From contig NC_068986.1 in NCBI RefSeq assembly GCF_001194135.2, positions 57,253,665 to 57,292,153 on the forward strand: 38,489 bases of DNA, written 5' to 3'. The position numbers and the translations under genes were made by a program. The notes beneath the pieces are model-generated. The model had not been told where the DNA came from. It worked only from the letters and a program-made list of their open reading frames with translations, and did not search any database. This DNA comes from Octopus bimaculoides (Eukaryota). Below are positions 22,614-33,189 of this stretch, piece by piece (position 1 is the first letter of the stretch; the number at the start of each line of letters is the position of its first letter).

Positions 22614-23301
22614 NNNNNNNNNNNNNNNNNNNNNNNNNNNNNNNNNNNNNNNNNNNNNNNNNNNNNNNNNNNNNNNNNNNNNNNNNNNNNNNNNNNNNNN
22701 NNNNNNNNNNNNNNNNNNNNNNNNNNNNNNNNNNNNNNNNNNNNNNNNNNNNNNNNNNNNNNNNNNNNNNNNNNNNNNNNNNNNNNNNNNNNNNNNNNNN
22801 NNNNNNNNNNNNNNNNNNNNNNNNNNNNNNNNNNNNNNNNNNNNNNNNNNNNNNNNNNNNNNNNNNNNNNNNNNNNNNNNNNNNNNNNNNNNNNNNNNNN
22901 NNNNNNNNNNNNNNNNNNNNNNNNNNNNNNNNNNNNNNNNNNNNNNNNNNNNNNNNNNNNNNNNNNNNNNNNNNNNNNNNNNNNNNNNNNNNNNNNNNNN
23001 NNNNNNNNNNNNNNNNNNNNNNNNNNNNNNNNNNNNNNNNNNNNNNNNNNNNNNNNNNNNNNNNNNNNNNNNNNNNNNNNNNNNNNNNNNNNNNNNNNNN
23101 NNNNNNNNNNNNNNNNNNNNNNNNNNNNNNNNNNNNNNNNNNNNNNNNNNNNNNNNNNNNNNNNNNNNNNNNNNNNNNNNNNNNNNNNNNNNNNNNNNNN
23201 NNNNNNNNNNNNNNNNNNNNNNNNNNNNNNNNNNNNNNNNNNNNNNNNNNNNNNNNNNNNNNNNNNNNNNNNNNNNNNNNNNNNNNNNNNNNNNNNNNNN
23301 N
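22614..23301. other. Assembly gap
   Basis: N run within (AT)n. Confidence 1.
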
Positions 23302-23749
23302 TATACATATATATATATATATATAACATAAATGTATATTATATCTTGTATATTTAATATGTGTGTGTGTGTATGTATGTATATATATATATATATATAC
23401 ACATGCAGTTCTATATGCATATATACATACATCCATACACACGTACCTACATGCTAACTTATTGCCTATTGAAATATGCTTAAGGCATATTCGAACCAGT
23501 ATAAAAGCCAATCACTGTAATTTGTCATGGAGAAAATTTGTCGCCGTCGGCACAAGATCTGCCCGCAGCAGTTCCTAACCCAACATTGGCATGCACGCAT
23601 TTCGGAGTGGTTACCTCCGTTTTGGCATAGAGACTTGAAAGAGAGGAAACATATTCGAACCCGTATCCCTCAAGCATATTTGAAATAGTAACAAGTCTGT
23701 ATTTATACATATCCCTGCTTCGCACTGTCACTCCATATTTTATTTACGA

Positions 23750-24815
23750 CAAGTTGATGAATAACGCAACCAGTCGTTAAGCGATGACTGCAATATCCTA
23801 AGAAAGACCTGCCTCTCGCGTTATCGCTCAATTTTCCCCGTTGTTACAATAATCTGAAATGGAACTGTCAAAGCGAGATATTCGAGCAATTTTGCTATTC
23901 AACTTGAAAAATGGACGTAAGGCAGCAGCTGAAACTGTTCGCGATATCAACGAAACGTTTGGTGAGGAAATGCCCAGTGAGAGGTAAGCTCGAAAATCGT
24001 TTAAACGATTCGCGGTGGATTACCTGAGCCTTGAAGATGGTGATCGTAGTGGACGCTTATCTGTCATCAATGACTGTCAATTAAAGACCGCCAATGAAAA
24101 GAACCACGTAAAACCACCCAAGAACTGGCAAAAGATCTTCAAGTTGGCCACAAAAGTGCCTTCAACCATTTGCATGGGATTGGAAAATCAAGAAAGCTCG
24201 ACAAATGGGTGCCACACGATTTGAATGAAAATCAGAAAATGTGCAGATATGAAATTTTCTCGTCGCTTCTTCTCCATAACCAGACCGATCCATATTTCTC
24301 GACCGTATTGTAAATTGCGATAAAAAGTGGATTTCTGAATAAAGAACGTTCTTCGCAGTAATGGAACCAAAACAAAGCACCGAAAACCTTCCCTAAACTC
24401 AAGCCCTTCAAAAAGAAGGTTATAGTGACTGTTTGATGATGTACTGTTGGACTCATCCACTAAAAATTCTTAAAACCCGGGAAAACCATTACTGCAGAAA
24501 CATACTGTCATTAAATTTCCAGAATGAACAAAAACTGCTACTCTTCCGTCACAGACAGGTCAATAGAAAAGGCCAATCATTGTTCATGACAATGTTCGAC
24601 CACACATTTCACTAATGACGCTCCAGAAGAGGAGGGAACTTGGTTACAAAGTTATTCCATAATCAGATTATTCCCCAGACATGTCTCCTACCGACTCGTT
24701 GGCAAAAATGTGTTGATTGTAATGGTACTTTGATGAATAAAATTTCCGCATTGTTGAAATATATTGTGATGAATTTCATGTTTCAAGAGGTTGCTTACAT
24801 TTTACTCAGATTAAT
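23750..24815 (+). mobile_element. Near full-length but dead mariner (DD34D) element; transposase pseudogene 23859-24740
   Basis: Translation gives MELSKRDIRAILLF, SLEDGDRSGR, KLDKWVPHDL, LDRIVNCDKKWI, QKKVIVTV, HDNVRPH, YSPDMSPTD and RWQKCVDCNG. Many stops and frameshifts, plus a deletion after SPTD. TIRs are degenerate. Confidence 0.93.
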
Positions 24816-24838
24816 ATATATATATAGACATATATATA

Positions 24839-25433
24839 NNNNNNNNNNNNNNNNNNNNNNNNNNNNNNNNNNNNNNNNNNNNNNNNNNNNNNNNNNNNNN
24901 NNNNNNNNNNNNNNNNNNNNNNNNNNNNNNNNNNNNNNNNNNNNNNNNNNNNNNNNNNNNNNNNNNNNNNNNNNNNNNNNNNNNNNNNNNNNNNNNNNNN
25001 NNNNNNNNNNNNNNNNNNNNNNNNNNNNNNNNNNNNNNNNNNNNNNNNNNNNNNNNNNNNNNNNNNNNNNNNNNNNNNNNNNNNNNNNNNNNNNNNNNNN
25101 NNNNNNNNNNNNNNNNNNNNNNNNNNNNNNNNNNNNNNNNNNNNNNNNNNNNNNNNNNNNNNNNNNNNNNNNNNNNNNNNNNNNNNNNNNNNNNNNNNNN
25201 NNNNNNNNNNNNNNNNNNNNNNNNNNNNNNNNNNNNNNNNNNNNNNNNNNNNNNNNNNNNNNNNNNNNNNNNNNNNNNNNNNNNNNNNNNNNNNNNNNNN
25301 NNNNNNNNNNNNNNNNNNNNNNNNNNNNNNNNNNNNNNNNNNNNNNNNNNNNNNNNNNNNNNNNNNNNNNNNNNNNNNNNNNNNNNNNNNNNNNNNNNNN
25401 NNNNNNNNNNNNNNNNNNNNNNNNNNNNNNNNN
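24839..25433. other. Assembly gap
   Basis: N run within (AT)n. Confidence 1.
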
Positions 25434-25508
25434 ATATATATATATATATATATATACATACATATACATATTCATATACATATACACATATAAATACATA
25501 CGTACATA

Positions 25509-25640
25509 TTGGGTTGTCCGGAAAGTTCGTGCCGATTTATAGTAGCTTAACTTTCGACTTATTTTAGAACATGGTTGAGTCTATAAAATAGGATTTGATT
25601 ACAGCTCCATTTCGACCACAGTTTAAGTTAACTTAATCTG
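25509..25640 (+). mobile_element. Mariner-type TIR and terminal fragment
   Basis: TA|TTGGGTTGTCCGGAAAGTTCGTGCCGATTT resembles mariner TIRs. No partner end is visible; it may be hidden in the adjacent gap. Confidence 0.55.
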
Positions 25641-25954
25641 TACATATGTACATACATGCATTACATATCTACATATACATGTATTTATACATGTACGTGC
25701 TGTTTGTATATATGTATATATGTGTTAGCTGGTGAGTACATAAACACACACATGCATGCATGCAAACGTGTACATAATGCATATGTGTATGTTTGTGTTA
25801 CTGCGCATCTCTTGGCTCTTAGTCTTTACTTACGTGTTTTAACAGGTTTACGTTCATAATATGCATTAACGTACGTAAGTTTGTAAGCATGCATATCTAC
25901 GCACACGCATATGTGCTATTGTACGCCCGCTCTCGATCACTCTTATTTAGGGAC

Positions 25955-26148
25955 GTTTTCGACCTGAAGAAATTTCTAACTGGGCCCCCATTTGTAAGTT
26001 CATGCGCTGTTCATTTTGATACAAATCCCCATGCCGTTGCACATATGGTTGTGATTCATGTGCCTGGTGTACCCTTTTCAGATGGAGAGTCAAGATGGAT
26101 ATATTGGGGTTCGTATATCTGTGCCTTTGATAGCATGTGCTGCACTAC

Positions 26149-26210
<62 letters not shown>

Positions 26211-26641
26211 ACTGCTGCTGCTGCTAATAATAATAATAATTAAAGAAGAAGAAGAAGGGGGAGGAAGAGGAGGAGAATTTTGATGATAATTGCAAGATCA
26301 TCTGCTCTTTATTTTGATATGAGGTCATCATGTCGCGTACATATGGCTGTAATGCATATGTCTGGTTTACCCTTATTAGAGGGGTAGTTATGTTGAGTAC
26401 ATTGGGATTTGAATAGTTGTATCCCCATATCATTTTGATGGCATGCTACTCGACTTGAAGAAAATTCTAACTGGGCCCCACCTGCAAGGTCATGCGCTGA
26501 TTGTGAGATCACCATGTCACGCAGTTATGGTCGTGATGCATGTGCTTAGCGTACCCTTATCAGTGTAGTCATGATGGGAATACTGGTCTTCGTGTATTTT
26601 ATCCCAGTGTCACTTTTATGGCATGCACTGCTCTTTCACTC

Positions 26642-26645
<4 letters not shown>
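25955..26645 (+). mobile_element. Three tandem copies of a 140-200-bp retroposon 3'-tail-like unit separated or followed by microsatellites
   Basis: Copies at about 25955-26150, 26312-26445 and 26450-26645 share TCTAACTGGGCCCC, CATATGG.TGT.AT.CAT.TG, TACCCTT and TGATGGCATGC. (CTA)n(CTG)n(TAA)n follows copy 1 and (AAT)n follows copy 3. Confidence 0.75.
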
Positions 26646-26709
<64 letters not shown>

Positions 26710-26710
<1 letters not shown>

Positions 26711-27535
26711 GAAACTAAGAAGCCAAATGTAGTTACAAACCAGAAGAAGATTATCTCATGACTGGCAAGCGATGGCATTGCATGATGGATTTCCAATGAT
26801 ATTTGCAGAAGATAATTATAGTAAGACACGGTTGTGGTTGCAGAAAGGAAGCATGAAAAGGGAAATAGAAAATATGTTAGCAGCAGCACAAGATCAAGCA
26901 TTGATGACAAACTGGATTCAAGCCAAGATAGACAAAAATTAGGTAGATTCCGAATGTAGGGTTATGTAAATCAAAAGAAGAAAGTGTTACTCTTATAGTT
27001 AGTGAATGTAGTATGCTGGCACACAAATGAATACAAGAAAAAACATGATAATCTAGGAAGAATAATCCATTGAGAGTTATATAGAAAGCTAGGATTTGGC
27101 CATACTGATAAATATAAGATATTGTGAGATTTTAACATTTAGACTGACAGAGTAAGAAGCGCTAGAAGGCCTGATGTAGTTGTAGTAGATCAAGAGAATA
27201 GAAAGTGCCAGGTAATTAACTTTACAGTTCCAAATCACAAGAATGTCAATATGACAGGTATAGAGAAAATAACAAAATATCAGGACCTAGCCATTGAATT
27301 AAAGAGACTATGGAACGTGCCGGGAAAATGTATCCCTGTAGTTATTTGTAAATTTGGAGCTATTCCTAAAGATTTGAACAGATGGATAGAGGAAAAGTCT
27401 AATTCAGTGCAGCTCCAGAAGACAGTATTATTATGGACAGCTAGGATACTTAGGAAGGTTCTTGACGGCTAAGATTACTTGTAACCTGATGTTAGGGAGT
27501 TTTTCCAACAGTCTAATCTCTTCTACGTAAATGTA
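26710..27535 (+). mobile_element. 5'-truncated non-LTR retrotransposon with restriction-like endonuclease (R4/Dong-like), 3' end
   Basis: Frameshifted translation gives WLQKGSMKREIENMLAAAQDQAL, a CR.C..EESVTLIVSEC zinc knuckle, KHDNL (RHD-like), RRPDVVVVD..KCQVINFTVP and EKITKYQDLAIELKRLW..ARILRKVLDG*. Confidence 0.88.
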
Positions 27536-27539
27536 ATTA

Positions 27540-27750
27540 CAATTTTGGTGCAAGGCAAGAAAGTTGAGGGGTGGGAGATTGTTGGTTATAGCACCCACTA
27601 TTACTCGATGCCCACTTTTTATTCTCGACTCTGAAAGATTAAACTCAGAGTTGACCTCGGCGGGATTTGAACTCAGAATGTAATAGATGGAACATATACC
27701 GTAAAGCAGATTTTCAGACGCCCAAATGATTTTTCCCGCCCACTATCTCG
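27540..27750 (-). mobile_element. Decayed Deu/Nin-like SINE copy
   Basis: GTTGACCTCGGCGGGATTTGAACTCAGAATGTAA is the reverse complement of the SINE B-box region. Confidence 0.7.
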
Positions 27751-27810
27751 ACTATTGCTACGAGACAAGTATTGACATGGTCATCTTACACAAACTCTTT
27801 GTTGACTACA

Positions 27811-27879
27811 AATCGATTATGAAAAATCTGGTACGAATCGATTATGAAAATTCTGGTATGAATCGATTGTGAAAAATCT
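27811..27879 (+). repeat. 25-bp minisatellite, about 3 copies
   Basis: AATCGATTATGAAAAATCTGGTACG units start at 27811, 27836 and 27861. Confidence 0.9.
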
Positions 27880-28095
27880 ATGAAAAATAAACAATAGAAT
27901 AGAAAGAGATGTAATGATAGTTGCATCAAGTTAGTGTTAGACAGAATATCCCCCATATTTCGTATTAAACTTACTCTCTCAAGTGTTCCCGATCTATAAA
28001 TCGCATGTCACGCAGGCCGCTTCCATTTGCCTTTCAGAAAACTTAAAAGAATGATGCATCAACTCTCCACTTTAATCTTCCTCGCTAAATAGTAC

Positions 28096-28218
28096 CTGAA
28101 GATGTTGACATTTTCAGGAGCCGAAGAGGCAAATTGCTTGTACTCAGTCCTTTGTATCTTGGCGACTATAGAACCGAGAACGTTGGCACTGCGAAATCCA
28201 TGGGCACAAACTCTTTGC
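28096..28218 (-). CDS. Candidate 123-nt symmetric (phase 2-2) exon QRVCAHGFRSANVLGSIVAKIQRTEYKQFASSAPENVNIF
   Basis: Acceptor ..TTCTGTTTTCAAAACCGAATCTAG and donor CAG|GTACTA, with a single open frame in unique sequence. No homology recognised. Confidence 0.25.
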
Positions 28219-28339
28219 CTAGATTCGGTTTTGAAAACAGAATTAAACAAATGAAGTGACGGTGTAATAACAAATAAAAGAAAAATATTGGCTCCATATG
28301 ATAAGTATGTTAGCGCACGAGTTAACACATTGACACAAT

Positions 28340-28550
28340 ATAAATCAACGAGGAAGCCTCTCAGCTATCGCTCGAAATGCAAGAAATAACAACCAAATCT
28401 TCTTCAAATTACACTCTACAGATTTGAAAAAGGAAGGACACGTTGAAACATGTATCATAAATATGGGAATAGATGGAGTAGTTAAAACTGGAACAGCTTT
28501 CACTATAGGTTTACTTCATCAATGACGATCAAGAGTAAACAATGACAATA
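28340..28550 (+). mobile_element. Decayed retroposon-tail family copy
   Basis: GAAATAACAACCAAATCTTCTTCAAATTACAC..AAAAAGGAAGGACAC motif shared with the 17620-17820 copy. Confidence 0.55.
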
Positions 28551-28776
28551 TGATGAACAGGGTGTCAGAGAATCTTGTTTCTGGTTTTCCTTTTATTTAT
28601 ATTTAGTTTCTTAGTTTCCTTGCAACCAGATGATTAAATATATCTATCTATCTATCTATCTATCTATATATATAGAGAAAAATTTGTAGTTTAGAATCAG
28701 TAGTTCTTTGACTGCTATTTCTAAATTTTCAGTATGTTGGAGAAGCAACTCAATTGCTAATCCCTTATATTTATGA

Positions 28777-28833
<57 letters not shown>

Positions 28834-29523
28834 CACACACACACACAAAGAGAAAGAGAGGGAAGAGAGTGAAGAGAAAAAAATCTTCATATCTCATTCG
28901 AACCCATTCTAAAGCAATATGAAGAAAGCATTTATGGTAGAACAAATCTTTCAAGGCCATTGGAAATGAATTACGGAGTTGCTACTATAATATCCAAGCA
29001 GCTCCACACGACAACCATTCGACAATCAATTAATACCAAGTTAATTCTTGATTGTTATCATGCAAGCAGAGATCTGTTGAAAAGCGATCAACTTTCTAAT
29101 CCTGGAGAAGTCGATAAGAAACCACTTCAATCATATGTTGCAGCCATGTGAAAGTCATCGAAATGTGGTTTGTTTGGGATGATCTTGATGATGGAGTTTT
29201 CAAACGATATCTCGTTTAGATAACGTGTCAAATATCTATAGTCGTTTACCCTGTGTGTCTTGTTATCTCTCGCTCTCCCCTTCTCTTACTTTCTCTTTCT
29301 TTCTCATTTTATTTTTTCCTTTTTTTTTTGCTTCTGCTTGTGTGTTTAATATGGTGTTTCATAGAAGAAAATCATTAGGCTGGAAATACAATGCAATATG
29401 CTGAAGCGTAACATGCGATGTTGAATCACTGAGTCGTGAGAGTTATCTGCTTATCAGGCAAATGATTTGGAATGCTAAAGGTGTATTTTCTTTCATAGTT
29501 GAATGTAGTTGTTTCTTCAAATA

Positions 29524-29531
29524 TCATCATC

Positions 29532-29563
<32 letters not shown>

Positions 29564-29670
29564 CATCATCACCGTCTTCTTCTTCTTCTTCTTCTTCTTC
29601 TTCTTCTTCTTCTTCTTCTTCTTCTTCTTCTTCTTCTTCTTCTTCTTCTTCTTCTTCTTCTTCTTCTTCT
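29524..29670 (+). repeat. (CAT)n(CTT)n compound microsatellite
   Basis: Visible directly. Confidence 0.97.
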
Positions 29671-29671
29671 T

Positions 29672-29870
29672 GTATAGCCTTAGGTCAGCTCTGATTCAGC
29701 AAAACTATGATCAAAGGCTTTCCAGCCGTGATAATCTCCTATTATTCAGAATTACACGCCTAAAACTGTATTACCCTGTACGTCTCCCCAATTTTTAAGA
29801 CGGTAAAATGTGAAATGAGGGTGATTTTACTGCTACCTCTTGCAGGCTGAATGACTGCTTAGAATCACTC
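29672..29870 (-). mobile_element. Retroposon-tail family copy
   Basis: GGTCAGCTCTGATTCAGCAAAACTATGATCAAAGGCTTTCCAGCCGTGA is the reverse complement of the motif at 18205-18230. Confidence 0.6.
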
Positions 29871-29972
29871 CCTCCTTTATGTGACCATAATTTTGTTTTC
29901 TAACTAGTTGTGTCTGCGATGTCCCTTATCCAAATACATTCCACTTGTGATCAGCCTATTTTTTTTATTCAG

Positions 29973-30029
29973 ATACAATGGATAGGGTTCATTAATCCAA
30001 CTAATGGTCAGTTGATGCTGTACAGCAAG
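29973..30029 (+). CDS. Candidate 57-nt internal exon IQWIGFINPTNGQLMLYSK (phase 0-0)
   Basis: Strong acceptor CCTATTTTTTTTATTCAG, consensus donor AAG|GTAAGT, length divisible by 3, and only frame 0 is open. Protein family not recognised. Confidence 0.5.
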
Positions 30030-30444
30030 GTAAGTTGGTAGCGAATTGTAGCTAATCTTCTTGAAATCTTAAACCACTCCCAAAAGGCCCTGGTTAATCT
30101 TAGCCATCTAAATCAGTAAAGAACAAAATCACACTTCAGTTGTTCGTTCTTATTCAGAGCATATGTATCACCTACCTGTGAGATTATCTCGAGTTGGTGC
30201 AAAGGCATACGTTATTCTTCTGGAGTAGCTGGGCCTGGAGACGTTTCTCCTTTTAATACATTAGTTAGTATAGTTTAGGATTGTCGTTAGCCGTATTGAT
30301 TTCACTCATATGGCATCGAATGCGAAGCCCTTTGGCACTGTTTTTCCTCTCGTGACTGATTTATAAAGATGTTTGAATACAGGTGTTACACGAGTCCAAT
30401 TGTGAATATATAATCCCCGATCCTTACTTTTGATAAACACTTTG

Positions 30445-30600
30445 TAACCATTTCTTCTGGTGCTTTACGTTCTGAGTTCAAATCCCGTCAAGGTCAACTT
30501 TTCATCTCAAGAGTGTCAATAAATTAAAACACCAGTCATCAATAAAACACCACGCTTCCCCTCATATTTCTAGCCTTTTGCCTATGTCAGAAACGATTGT
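30445..30600 (+). mobile_element. Decayed Deu/Nin-like SINE copy
   Basis: CTTTACGTTCTGAGTTCAAATCCCGTCAAGGTCAACTTT, ending in (AGT)n. Confidence 0.7.
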
Positions 30601-30601
30601 T

Positions 30602-30638
<37 letters not shown>

Positions 30639-30856
30639 TGTTGTTGTTGTTGTACTTGTTTTTGTGGTTGTTGTTTTAGGAACCATCGCCTTCAGATCGA
30701 ACGAACTCTGTATCCAAACAGTTTCGACGTGCGTGTACAGAGCTGGGGTGAGTATGCCTTGTACAAAATGTCATTTGTATGTAAAATTATACAAAAGAAA
30801 GTGTGTATGTGAAGGAGAATATGAGTGTATGAATCCCTGCGTGGTTGTTTCTAAGT

Positions 30857-30901
<45 letters not shown>

Positions 30902-31107
30902 TGTTTGAGTCGAAGACAAAAAAGATGTAGACAGAAAGCGGGAGTGAAAGTTTAAGACACGTTATTGTCCCGTATTCACGGAGAAAGTATTTGTTGTCTA
31001 AGAACATCTCTCGGTCCTGATTTATGTGAGCGGAAATTAATTGTAAATTAAGAAGAGATATTGCATGTAATCATTCGAAATGTTGTTATATGGCATCGTC
31101 TAAGCTT

Positions 31108-31320
31108 CTCCCTCTCTCTCTCTTTTAACCCCCCTCTCTCTCTCTTTTAACCCCCCTCTCTCTCTCTTTTAACCCCCCTCTCTCTCTCTCTTTCTTTCTT
31201 TCTTTCTATCATTCTGTCTCCCTTTCTTTCGTTCNNNNNNNNNNTCTCTTTTAACCCCCCTCTCTCTCTCTCTTTCTTTCTTTCTTTCTATCATTCTGTC
31301 TCCCTTTCTTTCGTTCTTTC
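31108..31320 (+). repeat. CTCTCTTTTAACCCCCCT tandem unit; the 70-bp block is duplicated across a 10-N gap (31235-31244)
   Basis: Identical text TCTCTTTTAACCCCCC..TATCATTCTGTCTCCCTTTCTTTCGTTC occurs on both sides of the gap. Confidence 0.9.
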
Positions 31321-31341
31321 TTTCTTTCTTTCTTTCATTCA

Positions 31342-31394
<53 letters not shown>

Positions 31395-31681
31395 TTTCTC
31401 TCACTCTGTGTGTGTGCATACATACATATACACATATATATATATCTGCGTATTTGTGTACACATACACACATGCTCATGCACACATATATACACATGCA
31501 CACCGACAGTCGATGATAACGAATAATGTTAGCAACCGGTTATTGTCGTGTTACTGTAAAGGATTCGTCCCAAAGTGATCACAAGCAGTTTCAATTACAT
31601 AAACATAGGCGTGCATACATACATATATGTATATTTTTATATATGTTTATCTATCTATCCATCTCTCTCTCTCTGTCTCTG

Positions 31682-31722
<41 letters not shown>

Positions 31723-31746
31723 TCATATCATTATATATATGTATAT

Positions 31747-31976
31747 NNNNNNNNNNNNNNNNNNNNNNNNNNNNNNNNNNNNNNNNNNNNNNNNNNNNNN
31801 NNNNNNNNNNNNNNNNNNNNNNNNNNNNNNNNNNNNNNNNNNNNNNNNNNNNNNNNNNNNNNNNNNNNNNNNNNNNNNNNNNNNNNNNNNNNNNNNNNNN
31901 NNNNNNNNNNNNNNNNNNNNNNNNNNNNNNNNNNNNNNNNNNNNNNNNNNNNNNNNNNNNNNNNNNNNNNNNNNNN
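31747..31976. other. Assembly gap
   Basis: N run. Confidence 1.
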
Positions 31977-32042
31977 TGTGTGTGTGTGTATAAGTATGTA
32001 TGCAGATATCTGTACACGAGTTAGTTATAGTTAACTTTTTAA

Positions 32043-32186
32043 CTACGATCTGTGGTGTGTTTTCGAATGGTTTCCTTCATCATCACCACTATCATCATCA
32101 TCTGTAGAAAGTATAGCATGTTCTTCTGAACATTCGCTCGACATGGTGGAAGTAGCAGCTAAATTTTGCCGATCAAAACTAATTGC
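32043..32186 (-). CDS. Candidate terminal coding exon AISFDRQNLAATSTMSSECSEEHAILSTDDDDSGDDEGNHSKTHHRS*
   Basis: Strong minus-strand acceptor CCTTATTATGTTTTTCTTTTAAG, then 47 codons to TAG. The composition resembles an acidic Ser-rich cytoplasmic tail. Upstream exons were not identified. Confidence 0.4.
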   Translation of the reverse strand, partial: AISFDRQNLAATSTMSSECSEEHAILSTDDDDSGDDEGNHSKTHHRS

Positions 32187-32860
32187 CTTAAAAGAAAAAC
32201 ATAATAAGGACCTGATGTATTGTCGTCTGTTCATCCTTTTCATGTCATATATCACTCTTTGAATTTCATTGAAATATATAGACCCAAACAGAATACTCGC
32301 AGCGTCCATCATTTTCTCTATCCCTTTAACTGTTTTCATGTTCTTTTATTTATGTCCATGATTTTTCCTTCGTATAGAGAAAGTGTCATGCATCATGGAG
32401 CTGTCATTCAAAATACCTTACTAAATACGTTTACGATGTGAATTGAAATCCACTACGGAATTGATTATATTTCCTGTCCTCTCGGGCGGTGGAGACTAGA
32501 GATGGTTGTAGGGTTAACAATTCTACGTAAGGTTTTAAAAAATCGCTTCGTATCCCTGCGAATCCGGTTTTGTTTCCATTGTTGCCCATTGGGATAGTGT
32601 CTGCTATTATATATTGTAGTTTCCGGCATTAAGCAACCTCAACTGGGTAGACGGAAACTGTACAGAAGCACGTCAGGTAGCTTTTATCTATTCGTGCGAG
32701 GTTGAATTTATCCATTACTCGGATTACAACCACGAGAGATCATTACTGTTGCAAGAAATCAGACAACGCCCGACCATGTGTGGACATTGAGAGGCCACCC
32801 TTCCTTTACACCTTCAATGACCGAGTCTCTTCCTTAAGAGTATATGCAGTCTAAATACGC

Positions 32861-32922
32861 CTTCTTCTTCTTCTTCTTCTTCTTCTTCTTCTTCTTCTTC
32901 TTCTTCTTCTTCTTCTTCTTCT
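32861..32922 (+). repeat. (CTT)n microsatellite
   Basis: Visible directly. Confidence 0.97.
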
Positions 32923-33030
32923 TGCGTCTCATTTGGGATGTATATCTGAGGGCACAGCTTGTAACGTAGGAATTAAATTTCTGTAAGATATGTTTTAGCA
33001 AATTTAATTCACACACACACACGTTCATAA

Positions 33031-33093
<63 letters not shown>

Positions 33094-33153
33094 AACACAC
33101 ACACGCATATATTTGCATGTATATATAAATATAAATGTGTGAGTGTGTGTGTG

Positions 33154-33189
<36 letters not shown>

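Noticed and set aside
27811-27879. Short direct repeats as a possible CRISPR array
   Set aside because: The units are contiguous with no unique spacers, there are no cas genes, and the context is eukaryotic.
28960-29151. 63-aa plus ORF MEMNYGVATII..
   Set aside because: Non-ATG start in the track, no splice signals or recognisable motif, and a length expected by chance.
31175-31320. Apparent 70-bp segmental duplication
   Set aside because: The copies are identical and flank a 10-N gap, typical of an unmerged contig overlap.
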